From Escherichia coli (lineage in GTDB: Bacteria > Pseudomonadota > Gammaproteobacteria > Enterobacterales > Enterobacteriaceae), in assembly GCF_022846255.1 (NCBI RefSeq), contig NZ_AP025682.1: DNA of 64,000 nucleotides. The stretch is one strand, 5' to 3'. A program made the translations under genes and the position numbers. Numbering within the stretch: the first letter of the stretch is position 1; every line of letters starts with the position of its first letter. Shown here in pieces: positions 53,879 to 63,904 of the stretch. The notes under the pieces were generated by a model. It was not told the origin of the DNA and did not search any database. It was given only the letters and a program-made list of their open reading frames with translations.

Positions 53879-55371
53879 TGGTGCCTGTAGCACAGGAAAC
53901 CACCGCTAACACCGTGCGTCTGCCCTACAGTTTCAGCCGTCGGTTTAGCCTGGTGGCATGGTGCGAAGCGTCGCTGGAGATCCTCCATGTTCATCCGTTG
54001 TCGCTCTCTGTTTTGCAGGAGCTGCAGCGGGGGCTGAACGCGTCTTTTACGCTGAGGCAAATCGACGAGGCCGAATTTGAACAGCGGCTGAATGCGGTCT
54101 GGCAGCGGGACTCTTCCGAGGCCCGCCAGCTGATGGAAGATCTCGGTTCTGCTGAGGACTTTTTTACTCTCGCAGAAGAACTACCGGAAACGGAAGATCT
54201 GCTGGAAAGTGACGACGATGCGCCAATCATCAAACTGATCAACGCCATGTTGGCAGAGGCGATTAAAGAAGGCGCTTCGGATATCCACATCGAGACGTTT
54301 GAAAAGAGTCTGGTGATCCGTTTTCGTGTTGACGGCACACTACATGAAATGCTGCGTCCGGGGCGCAAACTGGCCTCGCTGCTGGTATCGCGTATTAAGG
54401 TGATGGCACGGCTGGATATCGCCGAAAAACGCGTACCGCAGGATGGGCGCATTGCGCTGCTGCTGGGCGGTCGGGCGATTGACGTGCGTGTCTCCACCAT
54501 GCCTTCCGCCTGGGGGGAACGGGTGGTGCTGCGACTGCTGGACAAAAACCAGGCTCGCCTGACGCTGGAGCGTCTGGGTTTAAGTCTCGAACTGACTGCG
54601 CAGTTGCGCCAGCTGTTACACAAACCGCACGGCATTTTTCTGGTGACGGGGCCGACCGGTTCCGGCAAAAGCACCACGCTGTACGCTGGATTGCAGGAGC
54701 TGAACAACCACTCGCGTAACATTCTCACGGTTGAAGACCCTATCGAATACATGATTGAAGGGATCGGTCAGACGCAGGTTAACACCCGCGTCGGCATGAC
54801 CTTCGCCCGTGGCCTGCGCGCGATTTTGCGTCAGGACCCGGATGTGGTGATGGTCGGTGAAATCCGCGATACCGAAACCGCAGAAATCGCTGTTCAGGCT
54901 TCACTGACCGGACACCTGGTACTTTCCACGCTGCATACCAACACGGCGGTGGGGGCGATCACGCGTTTGCAGGATATGGGCGTTGAGCCTTTCCTGCTCT
55001 CTTCCAGTCTGACGGGCGTGATGGCGCAGCGACTGGTTCGCACGCTGTGTCCCGATTGCCGCCAGTCCGCGCCTGCCACCGACGAAGAAAAACGCCTGCT
55101 GGGGATTACCGATGCGCGAACCGTCACGCTGTACCATCCGCAGGGCTGTCCCGCCTGTAATCACAAAGGTTTTCGCGGACGTACTGCCATCCATGAGCTG
55201 ATCGTGGTGGACGCCACATTACGTGATTTGATCCACCGTCAGGCCGGGGAACTGGAGCTGGAACGTTATGTCCGGCAACACTCTGCGGGTATCCGCAGCA
55301 ACGGCATTGAGAAAGTGCTCGCCGGAGAAACCTCTCTCGATGAAGTTCTGCGGGTAACCATGGAGGCGTAA
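53878..55371 (+). CDS. gspE: Type II secretion system ATPase, 497 aa
   Basis: Walker [10 protein letters not shown]; tetracysteine CPDC...CPAC motif. Confidence 0.93.
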
Positions 55372-56594
55372 TGGCACTGTTTTACTATCAGGCGCTGGAG
55401 CGTAATGGTCGCAAAACCAAAGGAATGATTGAGGCGGATTCCGCGCGTCATGCCCGTCAATTGTTGCGTGGTAAAGAGCTTATCCCCGTGCACATTGAAG
55501 CCCGGCTGAATGCTTCGACAGGGGGAATGTTGCAGCGTCGGTGGCATGCACATCGTCGCGTGGCGGCGGCAGATTTGGCGCTGTTCACACGCCAACTGGC
55601 AACGCTGGTGCAGGCAGCAATGCCGCTGGAAACCTGCTTACAGGCGGTCAGTGAGCAAAGTGAAAAACTGCATGTAAAAAGCCTCGGAATGGCGCTGCGC
55701 AGCCGGATTCAGGAAGGTTATACCCTGTCGGACAGCCTGCGCGAACATCCCCGCGTCTTTGACTCCCTGTTTTGTTCGATGGTCGCTGCCGGAGAAAAAT
55801 CCGGACATCTCGACGTGGTGCTCAATCGCCTGGCGGATTACACCGAACAGCGGCAGCGTCTGAAATCACGCCTGCTGCAGGCCATGCTCTACCCGCTGGT
55901 ACTGCTGGTGGTGGCAACGGGCGTGGTCACTATTTTGCTGACGGCAGTAGTGCCGAAAATTATCGAACAGTTTGATCATCTCGGACACGCGCTGCCTGCC
56001 TCCACCCGAATGCTCATCGCCATGAGCGACACGTTACAGACCAGCGGCGTGTACTGGCTGGCGGGTTTGCTGGGGCTTCTGGTGCTGGGGCAACGGCTAC
56101 TCAAAAATCCTGCGATGCGCCTGCGCTGGGATAAAACCTTGCTGCGTTTGCCCGTGACGGGGCGTGTTGCGCGCGGACTGAATACGGCGCGTTTTTCCCG
56201 CACATTAAGCATCCTCACCGCCAGCAGTGTTCCGCTGCTGGAAGGCATTCAGACCGCCGCCGCCGTGTCGGCAAATCGTTATGTCGAGCAACAACTGCTG
56301 CTGGCGGCAGATCGCGTCCGCGAAGGAAGCAGCCTGCGCGCCGCGCTGGCGGAGTTGCGCCTGTTCCCGCCGATGATGCTGTACATGATCGCCTCCGGCG
56401 AACAGAGCGGTGAACTGGAAACCATGCTTGAACAGGCCGCGGTCAACCAGGAACGGGAATTTGATACCCAGGTGGGGCTGGCGTTAGGGCTGTTTGAGCC
56501 GGCGCTGGTGGTGATGATGGCGGGCGTGGTGCTGTTTATCGTCATCGCCATCCTCGAACCGATGCTGCAACTGAACAATATGGTTGGAATGTAA
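55371..56594 (+). CDS. gspF: Type II secretion system inner-membrane platform protein, 407 aa
   Basis: Duplicated GspF domain architecture, three TM segments. Confidence 0.92.
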   Translation: MALFYYQALERNGRKTKGMIEADSARHARQLLRGKELIPVHIEARLNASTGGMLQRRWHAHRRVAAADLALFTRQLATLVQAAMPLETCLQAVSEQSEKLHVKSLGMALRSRIQEGYTLSDSLREHPRVFDSLFCSMVAAGEKSGHLDVVLNRLADYTEQRQRLKSRLLQAMLYPLVLLVVATGVVTILLTAVVPKIIEQFDHLGHALPASTRMLIAMSDTLQTSGVYWLAGLLGLLVLGQRLLKNPAMRLRWDKTLLRLPVTGRVARGLNTARFSRTLSILTASSVPLLEGIQTAAAVSANRYVEQQLLLAADRVREGSSLRAALAELRLFPPMMLYMIASGEQSGELETMLEQAAVNQEREFDTQVGLALGLFEPALVVMMAGVVLFIVIAILEPMLQLNNMVGM

Positions 56595-56610
56595 TTTACG
56601 GAGTTATCAC

Positions 56611-57066
56611 ATGAATTCGTTATCCCGCACACAAAAACCACGGGCAGGTTTTACCCTGCTGGAAGTGATGGTGGTGATTGTTATTCTTGGCGTCCTGGCA
56701 AGTCTGGTGGTGCCTAACCTGTTGGGCAACAAAGAGAAAGCCGATCGGCAAAAAGCCATCAGCGATATCGTGGCGCTGGAGAATGCGCTGGATATGTACC
56801 GACTGGATAACGGGCGTTATCCGACTACCGAACAGGGGCTGGAGGCGCTGATCCAGCAACCGGCCAATATGGCGGATTCCCGTAACTACCGTACCGGTGG
56901 ATACATTAAACGACTGCCAAAGGATCCGTGGGGCAATGATTATCAGTATCTCAGCCCGGGTGAAAAAGGGCTGTTTGATGTTTATACCCTGGGAGCAGAT
57001 GGTCAGGAAAACGGGGAGGGCGCTGGCGCAGATATCGGTAACTGGAATTTGCAGGAGTTTCAGTAA
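56611..57066 (+). CDS. gspG: Type II secretion major pseudopilin, 151 aa
   Basis: Prepilin leader ending G|FTLLEVMVV; ORF-track start trimmed to MNSLSR with GGAG RBS. Confidence 0.9.
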   Translation: MNSLSRTQKPRAGFTLLEVMVVIVILGVLASLVVPNLLGNKEKADRQKAISDIVALENALDMYRLDNGRYPTTEQGLEALIQQPANMADSRNYRTGGYIKRLPKDPWGNDYQYLSPGEKGLFDVYTLGADGQENGEGAGADIGNWNLQEFQ

Positions 57067-57069
57067 TCA

Positions 57070-57633
57070 GTGCCTGAACGCGGATTCACACTTCTGGAAA
57101 TCATGCTGGTGATTTTCCTTATCGGCCTTGCCAGTGCGGGCGTGGTACAGACGTTTGCGACCGCTTCAGAGCCGCCTGCGAAAAAAGCGGCGCAGGATTT
57201 TCTGACTCGCTTTGCGCAGTTTAAGGACAGGGCAGTGATCGAAGGGCAAACACTCGGTGTGCTAATCGACCCGCCAGGTTACCAGTTTATGCAGCGTCGT
57301 CACGGGCAATGGTTGCCCGTTTCTGCGACCCGGTTATCGGCACAGGTTACGGTGCCGAAACAGGTGCAGATGCTGTTACAACCCGGAAGTGATATCTGGC
57401 AGAAGGAATATGCGCTGGAGCTGCAGCGTCGTCGCCTGACGCTGCACGATATTGAACTGGAGCTGCAAAAAGAGGCGAAAAAGAAGACACCGCAGATCCG
57501 TTTTTCGCCTTTTGAACCCGCCACGCCGTTTACACTGCGTTTTTACGCGTCGGCACAAAACGCGTGTTGGGCGGTAAAGCTGGCGCACGATGGCGTGTTA
57601 TCCCTCAATCAATGTGATGAGGGGATGCCATGA
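57070..57633 (+). CDS. gspH: Type II secretion minor pseudopilin H, 187 aa
   Basis: GTG start; prepilin motif RGFTLLEIMLV. Confidence 0.88.
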   Translation: MPERGFTLLEIMLVIFLIGLASAGVVQTFATASEPPAKKAAQDFLTRFAQFKDRAVIEGQTLGVLIDPPGYQFMQRRHGQWLPVSATRLSAQVTVPKQVQMLLQPGSDIWQKEYALELQRRRLTLHDIELELQKEAKKKTPQIRFSPFEPATPFTLRFYASAQNACWAVKLAHDGVLSLNQCDEGMP

Positions 57634-58001
57634 AGCGTGGATTTACCTTGCTGGAAGTAATGCTCGCGCTGGCGATTTTTGCGTTGGCCGCCATGGCGGT
57701 GTTACAGATCGCCAGCGGCGCGCTGAGTAATCAGCAAATCCTTGAAGAAAAAACGGTAGCGGGCTGGGTAGCTGAAAACCAGACCGCACTGCTTTACCTG
57801 ATGACCCGTGAACAACGAGCGGTCAGGCACCAGGGCGAGAGTGATATGGCAGGAAGCCGCTGGTACTGGCGAACCACACCGCTGAGTACAGGCAACGCGC
57901 TGCTCCAGGCAGTGGATATTGAAGTCAGCCGTCACGAAGACTTTTCGTCGGTGATTCAGTCACGACGCGCCTGGTTTAGCGCCGTGGGAGGCCAACAGTG
58001 A
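57630..58001 (+). CDS. gspI: Type II secretion minor pseudopilin I, 123 aa
   Basis: Prepilin motif RGFTLLEVMLALAIF. Confidence 0.88.
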   Translation: MKRGFTLLEVMLALAIFALAAMAVLQIASGALSNQQILEEKTVAGWVAENQTALLYLMTREQRAVRHQGESDMAGSRWYWRTTPLSTGNALLQAVDIEVSRHEDFSSVIQSRRAWFSAVGGQQ

Positions 58002-58603
58002 GAAGGACTTGCGCTGGTTTCACGTTACTGGAAATGCTGGTGGCAATTGCCATTTTTGCCTCACTGGCACTGATGGCGCAGCAGGTGACAAACGGCGTTA
58101 CACGCGTGAATAGCGCCGTCGCCGGACACGATCAAAAACTAAACCTCATGCAGCAAACGATGAGTTTTTTGAACCACGATCTGACACAAATGATGCCGCG
58201 TCCGGTAAGAGGCGATCAGGGCCAGCGTGAACCAGCGTTACTGGCGGGCGCTGGCGTGCTGGCGTCTGAGAGTGAAGGGATGCGTTTTGTGCGCGGCGGC
58301 GTGGTTAATCCGTTGATGCGTCTGCCGCGCAGTAATCTGCTCACCGTCGGTTACCGCATTCATGGTGGTTATCTCGAACGGTTAGCCTGGCCACTGACCG
58401 ATGCGGCAGGCAGCGTGAAGCCAACAACGCAAAAATTAATCCCGGCGGATTCGCTCCGTTTGCAGTTCTACGACGGCACGCGCTGGCAGGAGAGCTGGTC
58501 ATCAGTGCAGGCGATTCCTGTGGCAGTACGCATAACCCTGCATTCGCCGCAATGGGGCGAAATTGAACGCATCTGGTTGTTACGCGGGCCGCAATTATCA
58601 TGA
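57998..58603 (+). CDS. gspJ: Type II secretion minor pseudopilin J, 201 aa
   Basis: Prepilin motif AGFTLLEMLVAIAIF. Confidence 0.88.
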   Translation: MRRTCAGFTLLEMLVAIAIFASLALMAQQVTNGVTRVNSAVAGHDQKLNLMQQTMSFLNHDLTQMMPRPVRGDQGQREPALLAGAGVLASESEGMRFVRGGVVNPLMRLPRSNLLTVGYRIHGGYLERLAWPLTDAAGSVKPTTQKLIPADSLRLQFYDGTRWQESWSSVQAIPVAVRITLHSPQWGEIERIWLLRGPQLS

Positions 58604-59577
58604 TCACCTCACCACCAAAACGCGGAATGGCACTGGTCGTGGTGCTGGTATTGCTGGCGGTTATGATGCTGGTGACCATCACGCTTTCCGGGCGGATGCA
58701 GCAACAACTTGGGCGAACGCGCAGCCAGCAGGAGTACCAGCAGGCGCTGTGGTACAGCGCCAGTGCGGAAAGCCTGGCGTTGAGCGCACTCAGTCTGAGC
58801 CTGAAAAATGAAAAGCGCGTGCATCTGGCGCAGCCGTGGGCTTCCGGCCCTCGTTTTTTCCCACTGCCGCAGGGGCAAATTGCCGTCACCCTGCGTGACG
58901 CCCAGGCCTGCTTTAACCTGAATGCCCTCGCTCAGCCGACAACGGCGTCGCGTCCTATCGCGGTACAACAACTGATTGCCCTGATCTCGCGCCTGGATGT
59001 GCCTGCTTATCGGGCCGAACTGATAGCCGAAAGCCTGTGGGAGTTTATTGACGAGGACCGCAGCGTGCAGACGCGTCTGGGGCGTGAAGACAGCGAGTAT
59101 CTCGCCCGCTCGGTGCCGTTCTACGCCGCTAATCAACCGCTGGCTGATATCAGCGAAATGCGCGTGGTACAGGGAATGGACGCCGGGCTTTATCAAAAAC
59201 TGAAACCGTTGGTCTGTGCGCTGCCGATGGCCCGCCAGCAAATCAACATCAATACATTAGATGTCACGCAAAGTGTGATTCTTGAGGCGCTGTTTGACCC
59301 GTGGTTAAGCCCTGTTCAGGCGCGGGCGTTATTACAACAACGTCCGGCGAAGGGCTGGGAAGATGTCGATCAGTTTCTTGCACAGCCGCTACTCGCAGAC
59401 GTCGATGAGCGTACTAAAAAACAGCTAAAAACCGTCCTGAGCGTGGACAGCAATTACTTCTGGCTGCGTTCAGATATCACCGTGAATGAGATTGAACTGA
59501 CGATGAACTCGTTAATTGTCCGCATGGGCCCACAACACTTTTCTGTTCTCTGGCATCAGACAGGAGAAAGTGAGTGA
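58600..59577 (+). CDS. gspK: Type II secretion minor pseudopilin K, 325 aa
   Basis: N-terminal TM plus size/position typical of GspK. Confidence 0.88.
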   Translation: MITSPPKRGMALVVVLVLLAVMMLVTITLSGRMQQQLGRTRSQQEYQQALWYSASAESLALSALSLSLKNEKRVHLAQPWASGPRFFPLPQGQIAVTLRDAQACFNLNALAQPTTASRPIAVQQLIALISRLDVPAYRAELIAESLWEFIDEDRSVQTRLGREDSEYLARSVPFYAANQPLADISEMRVVQGMDAGLYQKLKPLVCALPMARQQININTLDVTQSVILEALFDPWLSPVQARALLQQRPAKGWEDVDQFLAQPLLADVDERTKKQLKTVLSVDSNYFWLRSDITVNEIELTMNSLIVRMGPQHFSVLWHQTGESE

Positions 59578-60752
59578 GTTCCATCCTTGAGATTTTTTTC
59601 CCGCTTTGCGCCTCCGACACCATCCGCTGGCAGCGCCGTACCGCCGACGTGGAGTGCGGCATCTGGCCTGACGTTGCTGACGAACGTCTCCAGCAATGGC
59701 TGCAAACTGATGCGATTCGACTCTACATTCCCGGCGAATGGATCAGCGTCTGGCAGGTTGAACTGCCTGATGTGCCCCGCAAGCAGATACCGACGATTCT
59801 GCCCGCCTTGCTGGAAGAAGAGCTGAACCAGGATATCGATGAACTGCATTTTGCCCCGTTGAAAATCGACCAGCAACTGGCAACCGTAGCTGTGATTCAC
59901 CAGCAGCATATGCGCAACATTGCGCAGTGGTTGCAGGCAAACGGCATCACCCGCGCTATCGTCGCGCCGGACTGGATGTCCATTCCTTGTGGGTTTATGG
60001 CTGGCGATGCGCAACGGGTTATCTGCCGCATCGATGAATGCCGGGGATGGAGCGCCGGGCGAACGCTGGCTCCGGTCATGTTCCGCGCACAGCTCAATGA
60101 GCAGGATTTACCGCTTTCACTAACCGTGGTCGGCATTGCACCGGAAGAACTGTCTGCATGGGCTGGTGCAGACGCCGAACGCCTGACCGTTACGGCTCTG
60201 CCCGCCATTACCACTTATGGCGAACCGGAAGGGAACCTGTTAACAGGGCCGTGGCAGCCTCGTGTCAGCTACCGAAAACAGTGGGCGCGCTGGCGGGTGA
60301 TGATTCTGCCGATATTGCTGATTCTGGTTGCGCTGGTAGTGGAACGGGGCGTGACGTTATGGAGCGTCAGCGAACAGGTGGCGCAAAGCCGCACCCAGGC
60401 GGAGAAACAGTTCTTAACGCTATTCCCGGAGCAGAAGCGGATTGTGAATTTACGCTCTCAGGTGACGATGGCGCTGAAAAAATATCGCCCACAGGCCGAC
60501 GATACCCGGCTGCTCGCCGAGTTGTCAGCGATAGCCAGCACCCTGAAATCAGCGTCACTTTCCGACATCGAAATGCGTGGTTTCACCTTTGATCAAAAAC
60601 GCCAGACGCTCCACCTTCAGTTGCGGGCAGCAAACTTTGCCAGTTTCGACAAACTGCGTAGCGCACTGGCGGCAGATTATGTTGTGCAACAGGACGCATT
60701 ACAGAAAGAGGGTGATGCGGTTTCCGGCGGCGTAACGTTGCGGAGGAAATAA
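59574..60752 (+). CDS. gspL: Type II secretion inner-membrane protein L, 392 aa
   Basis: GTG start overlapping gspK stop; single central TM; operon position. Confidence 0.85.
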   Translation: MSSILEIFFPLCASDTIRWQRRTADVECGIWPDVADERLQQWLQTDAIRLYIPGEWISVWQVELPDVPRKQIPTILPALLEEELNQDIDELHFAPLKIDQQLATVAVIHQQHMRNIAQWLQANGITRAIVAPDWMSIPCGFMAGDAQRVICRIDECRGWSAGRTLAPVMFRAQLNEQDLPLSLTVVGIAPEELSAWAGADAERLTVTALPAITTYGEPEGNLLTGPWQPRVSYRKQWARWRVMILPILLILVALVVERGVTLWSVSEQVAQSRTQAEKQFLTLFPEQKRIVNLRSQVTMALKKYRPQADDTRLLAELSAIASTLKSASLSDIEMRGFTFDQKRQTLHLQLRAANFASFDKLRSALAADYVVQQDALQKEGDAVSGGVTLRRK

Positions 60753-60753
60753 C

Positions 60754-61290
60754 ATGTTACGCGATAAATTTATTCACTATTTTCAGCAATGGCGTGAACG
60801 CCAGTTAAGCCGTGGCGAACACTGGCTAGCACAGCACCTGGCGGGGCGTTCGCCGCGTGAAAAAGGCATGTTACTGGCAGCGGTGGTGTTCCTGTTTAGC
60901 GTCGGATATTACGTCCTCATCTGGCAGCCGTTGAGCGAACGGATAGAACAACAGGAGACGATGTTGCAACAGCTGGTGGCGATGAACGCGCGACTGAAGA
61001 GCGCCGCGCCGGATATAATTGCAGCGCGAAAATCCGCCACGACAACGCCAGCACAGGTATCGCGGGTCATCAGTGACAGCGCTTCCGCGCACTCAGTGGT
61101 CATCAAGCGGATAGCCGAGCGCGGGGAGAATATTCAGGTCTGGATAGATCCGGTGGTGTTTAATGACCTGCTGAACTGGTTAAACGCGCTGGATGAAAAG
61201 TATGCGCTGCGGGTGACACAAATTGATGTCAGCGCAGGTGAGAAGCCTGGGATGGTGAATGTGCAGCGGCTGGAGTTTGGACGGGGGTAG
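60754..61290 (+). CDS. gspM: Type II secretion inner-membrane protein M, 178 aa
   Basis: Small bitopic protein following gspL; also known as yghD. Confidence 0.85.
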   Translation: MLRDKFIHYFQQWRERQLSRGEHWLAQHLAGRSPREKGMLLAAVVFLFSVGYYVLIWQPLSERIEQQETMLQQLVAMNARLKSAAPDIIAARKSATTTPAQVSRVISDSASAHSVVIKRIAERGENIQVWIDPVVFNDLLNWLNALDEKYALRVTQIDVSAGEKPGMVNVQRLEFGRG

Positions 61291-62060
61291 GTATTGCCAT
61301 TTCCTTAACCCCACCTGATAACCCTTAGCCCAAGGGTGAGTGCGGAACTGTCAAACCCGCTCACCGGGCTGAGTTCCGATGTAGCAAGATTTATCTCCCT
61401 CCAGAGCACCACGGAATGTTCGACAATACTGTAGGAATTCGTTTTTCACCATGTAGCCTTCGTTAATCTACACCTTTCTAAGACTGTAAAGATGCTTAAG
61501 TGTTTTGACACATTATGATTATTAATAGTTGTAATAAATCATTGAGTAACAATTGATAGGTCAAAACATATAGGATAATTCTTATGTGATCTGTATTTTG
61601 TGTAGCCTGGAAATTAGTAAAATTACTGGAGATAATCAGAAAGGGAATTTCAAATAAGCATAATAATTTCCAGGGAAACTATTCGTCGATTTTAAGAAAT
61701 GTCTGCTCAGGTATATCTACTGAGGGATGGTGTTGGTTGTAACGCTGGTTAAAATAAACACACAAAATAATCAGGATGTATATTTTAATCGACGAAAATA
61801 ATTACCTTCGGGATTATTGATGCGACTTAAATAACACCATTTAAACGTGATATAAATCACAAATATGGCTGTGAAGAGGGTGCTGTAGATATAAATAAGA
61901 AGTACATGAGTGAATTTTAAATAGGAAAATAGTTTCTCGCTAAACAATTTATTGGTAATCAATCGCATGCGTTCTGGTTTGAGACAGATTGCAGGTGTTG
62001 CTACGCATAAAATTCATAGGCGGTATTATAATCAAGTAGTTAACAGTAATAGTAAAAAAT

Positions 62061-62076
62061 AATTTCTTGCGAAATT
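62061..62076. repeat. Palindrome AATTTC-N4-GAAATT, copy 1, in kpsM leader
   Basis: aatttcttgcgaaatt read directly. Confidence 0.8.
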
Positions 62077-62176
62077 AGCGGCCCATTTTGAATAAGTGTG
62101 TTCCGGAGTAATCCAGAACGCATGCTGCTTTACGTCTTTTTCAAGCCATATTGGTTAAGCAAAAAGAGGTAGAAAT

Positions 62177-62192
62177 AATTTCCTGAGAAATT
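62177..62192. repeat. Palindrome AATTTC-N4-GAAATT, copy 2, in kpsM leader
   Basis: aatttcctgagaaatt read directly; preceded by gaaat as in copy 3. Confidence 0.8.
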
Positions 62193-62311
62193 AACTCTAC
62201 ATTCTGAAACGGCCAGTTTTCTGAAATTACCAGAAGACCGAATACATTCATGCCTGAAGAATGGATTAGAAGAAACGAGACGGAAATAGATCTATTTATC
62301 CCTGCGGAAAT

Positions 62312-62327
62312 AATTTCTGATGAAATT
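62312..62327. repeat. Palindrome AATTTC-N4-GAAATT, copy 3, in kpsM leader
   Basis: aatttctgatgaaatt read directly. Confidence 0.8.
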
Positions 62328-62422
62328 GTTTTCGGCTATTAAAAAGGTCAAACCGGCTGAGTGAATTTTATCCAGTTACAAATAAGCATTACCTCCAGTG
62401 TATTGGTAGCTGTTAAGCCAAG

Positions 62423-62434
62423 GGCGGTAGCGTA
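62423..62434 (+). promoter_or_regulatory. ops element (RfaH recruitment site, JUMPstart core) in kpsM leader
   Basis: GGCGGTAGCGTA, containing the 8-bp ops core GGCGGTAG, 32 bp upstream of kpsM ATG. Confidence 0.8.
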
Positions 62435-62462
62435 CCTGAAGAGATTAGGATCACATCATCAA

Positions 62463-63239
62463 ATGGCAAGAAGTGGATTTGAAGTCCAGAAAGTCACCGT
62501 AGAGGCATTATTTCTACGAGAAATACGAACACGCTTTGGTAAGTTCCGTCTGGGATATTTGTGGGCGATTCTCGAACCCTCTGCGCATTTGCTGATACTG
62601 TTGGGCATTTTTGGTTACATTATGCACCGCACGATGCCAGACATCTCATTCCCGGTGTTTTTACTTAATGGCCTGATTCCCTTTTTTATCTTTAGCAGTA
62701 TCAGCAATCGTTCTGTAGGTGCTATTGAAGCGAATCAGGGGCTGTTTAATTATCGACCAGTAAAACCCATCGATACGATCATTGCGCGTGCATTGCTTGA
62801 GACACTGATTTACGTTGCTGTTTATATATTGCTTATGCTTATCGTCTGGATGGCAGGCGAATATTTCGAAATAACAAACTTTTTACAACTTGTGCTTACC
62901 TGGAGTTTGTTAATCATTCTTTCATGTGGCGTTGGCTTAATATTCATGGTCGTTGGTAAAACCTTCCCTGAAATGCAAAAGGTCCTGCCGATACTGCTTA
63001 AGCCGCTGTATTTCATCTCCTGCATCATGTTCCCTCTACACTCGATTCCGAAGCAATACTGGTCATATCTACTCTGGAACCCATTAGTGCATGTCGTAGA
63101 GTTAAGCCGCGAGGCAGTTATGCCTGGCTATATCAGCGAAGGCGTGAGTCTGAACTACCTTGCAATGTTCACTCTGGTCACCCTGTTCATCGGTCTGGCG
63201 TTATACCGAACGCGTGAAGAGGCAATGCTGACATCATGA
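62463..63239 (+). CDS. kpsM: Capsule polysaccharide export ABC transporter permease, 258 aa
   Basis: ORF-track 292 aa trimmed to MARSGFEVQKVTVEALFLREIRTRFGK (ABC-2 permease signature region); AT-rich codon usage. Confidence 0.9.
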   Translation: MARSGFEVQKVTVEALFLREIRTRFGKFRLGYLWAILEPSAHLLILLGIFGYIMHRTMPDISFPVFLLNGLIPFFIFSSISNRSVGAIEANQGLFNYRPVKPIDTIIARALLETLIYVAVYILLMLIVWMAGEYFEITNFLQLVLTWSLLIILSCGVGLIFMVVGKTFPEMQKVLPILLKPLYFISCIMFPLHSIPKQYWSYLLWNPLVHVVELSREAVMPGYISEGVSLNYLAMFTLVTLFIGLALYRTREEAMLTS

Positions 63240-63904
63240 TTAAGATTGAGAATTTGACGAAGTCATATCGCACGCCAACGGGTCGACATTATGTCTTTAA
63301 GGATTTAAACATCGAAATCCCTTCAGGAAAAAGTGTCGCCTTTATTGGTCGTAATGGTGCGGGTAAATCAACGTTACTGAGAATGATTGGTGGCATTGAC
63401 CGCCCCGATAGCGGAAAGATCATCACCAATAAAACGATATCATGGCCAGTCGGCCTTGCAGGTGGATTTCAGGGAAGTTTAACCGGACGCGAAAATGTAA
63501 AATTTGTCGCGAGGTTATACGCGAAGCAAGAAGAACTGAAAGAGAAAATTGAGTTTGTTGAAGAATTTGCCGAACTCGGTAAGTACTTCGATATGCCGAT
63601 TAAGACTTACTCATCTGGTATGCGATCGCGTTTAGGCTTTGGTTTAAGCATGGCATTTAAGTTTGATTATTATATCGTCGATGAAGTAACCGCAGTCGGT
63701 GATGCCAGGTTTAAAGAAAAATGCGCTCAATTGTTTAAAGAAAGGCATAAAGAATCTAGCTTTTTAATGGTTTCACATAGTTTGAATTCATTGAAAGAGT
63801 TTTGTGATGTGGCCATTGTGTTTAAAGATGATAATGCAGTTAGTTTTCATGAGGATGTTCAGGAGGGGATAGAGGAGTATCGTGTAAAACAAACCTGCAA
63901 ATAA
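63236..63904 (+). CDS. kpsT: Capsule polysaccharide export ABC transporter ATP-binding protein, 222 aa
   Basis: Walker A GRNGAGKST, ABC signature YSSGMRSRL, Walker B YYIVDE; overlaps kpsM stop. Confidence 0.92.
   Translation: MIKIENLTKSYRTPTGRHYVFKDLNIEIPSGKSVAFIGRNGAGKSTLLRMIGGIDRPDSGKIITNKTISWPVGLAGGFQGSLTGRENVKFVARLYAKQEELKEKIEFVEEFAELGKYFDMPIKTYSSGMRSRLGFGLSMAFKFDYYIVDEVTAVGDARFKEKCAQLFKERHKESSFLMVSHSLNSLKEFCDVAIVFKDDNAVSFHEDVQEGIEEYRVKQTCK

Noticed and set aside
53991-54752. 253-aa minus-strand ORF inside gspE
   Set aside because: Ser/Arg-rich low-complexity antisense frame of a conserved ATPase gene
61291-61460. Possible small RNA or tRNA remnant just downstream of gspM
   Set aside because: Only an imperfect inverted repeat (ggtgagtgcgg / ccgctcacc); no cloverleaf or recognisable sRNA features
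61771-61968. 65-aa minus-strand ORF in the kps leader
   Set aside because: AT-rich non-coding leader; no RBS; likely chance ORF
62061-62327. Possibility that the kps leader palindromes are a CRISPR array
   Set aside because: Only three copies, irregular spacing of about 115-135 bp, palindromes only 16 bp and no cas genes nearby
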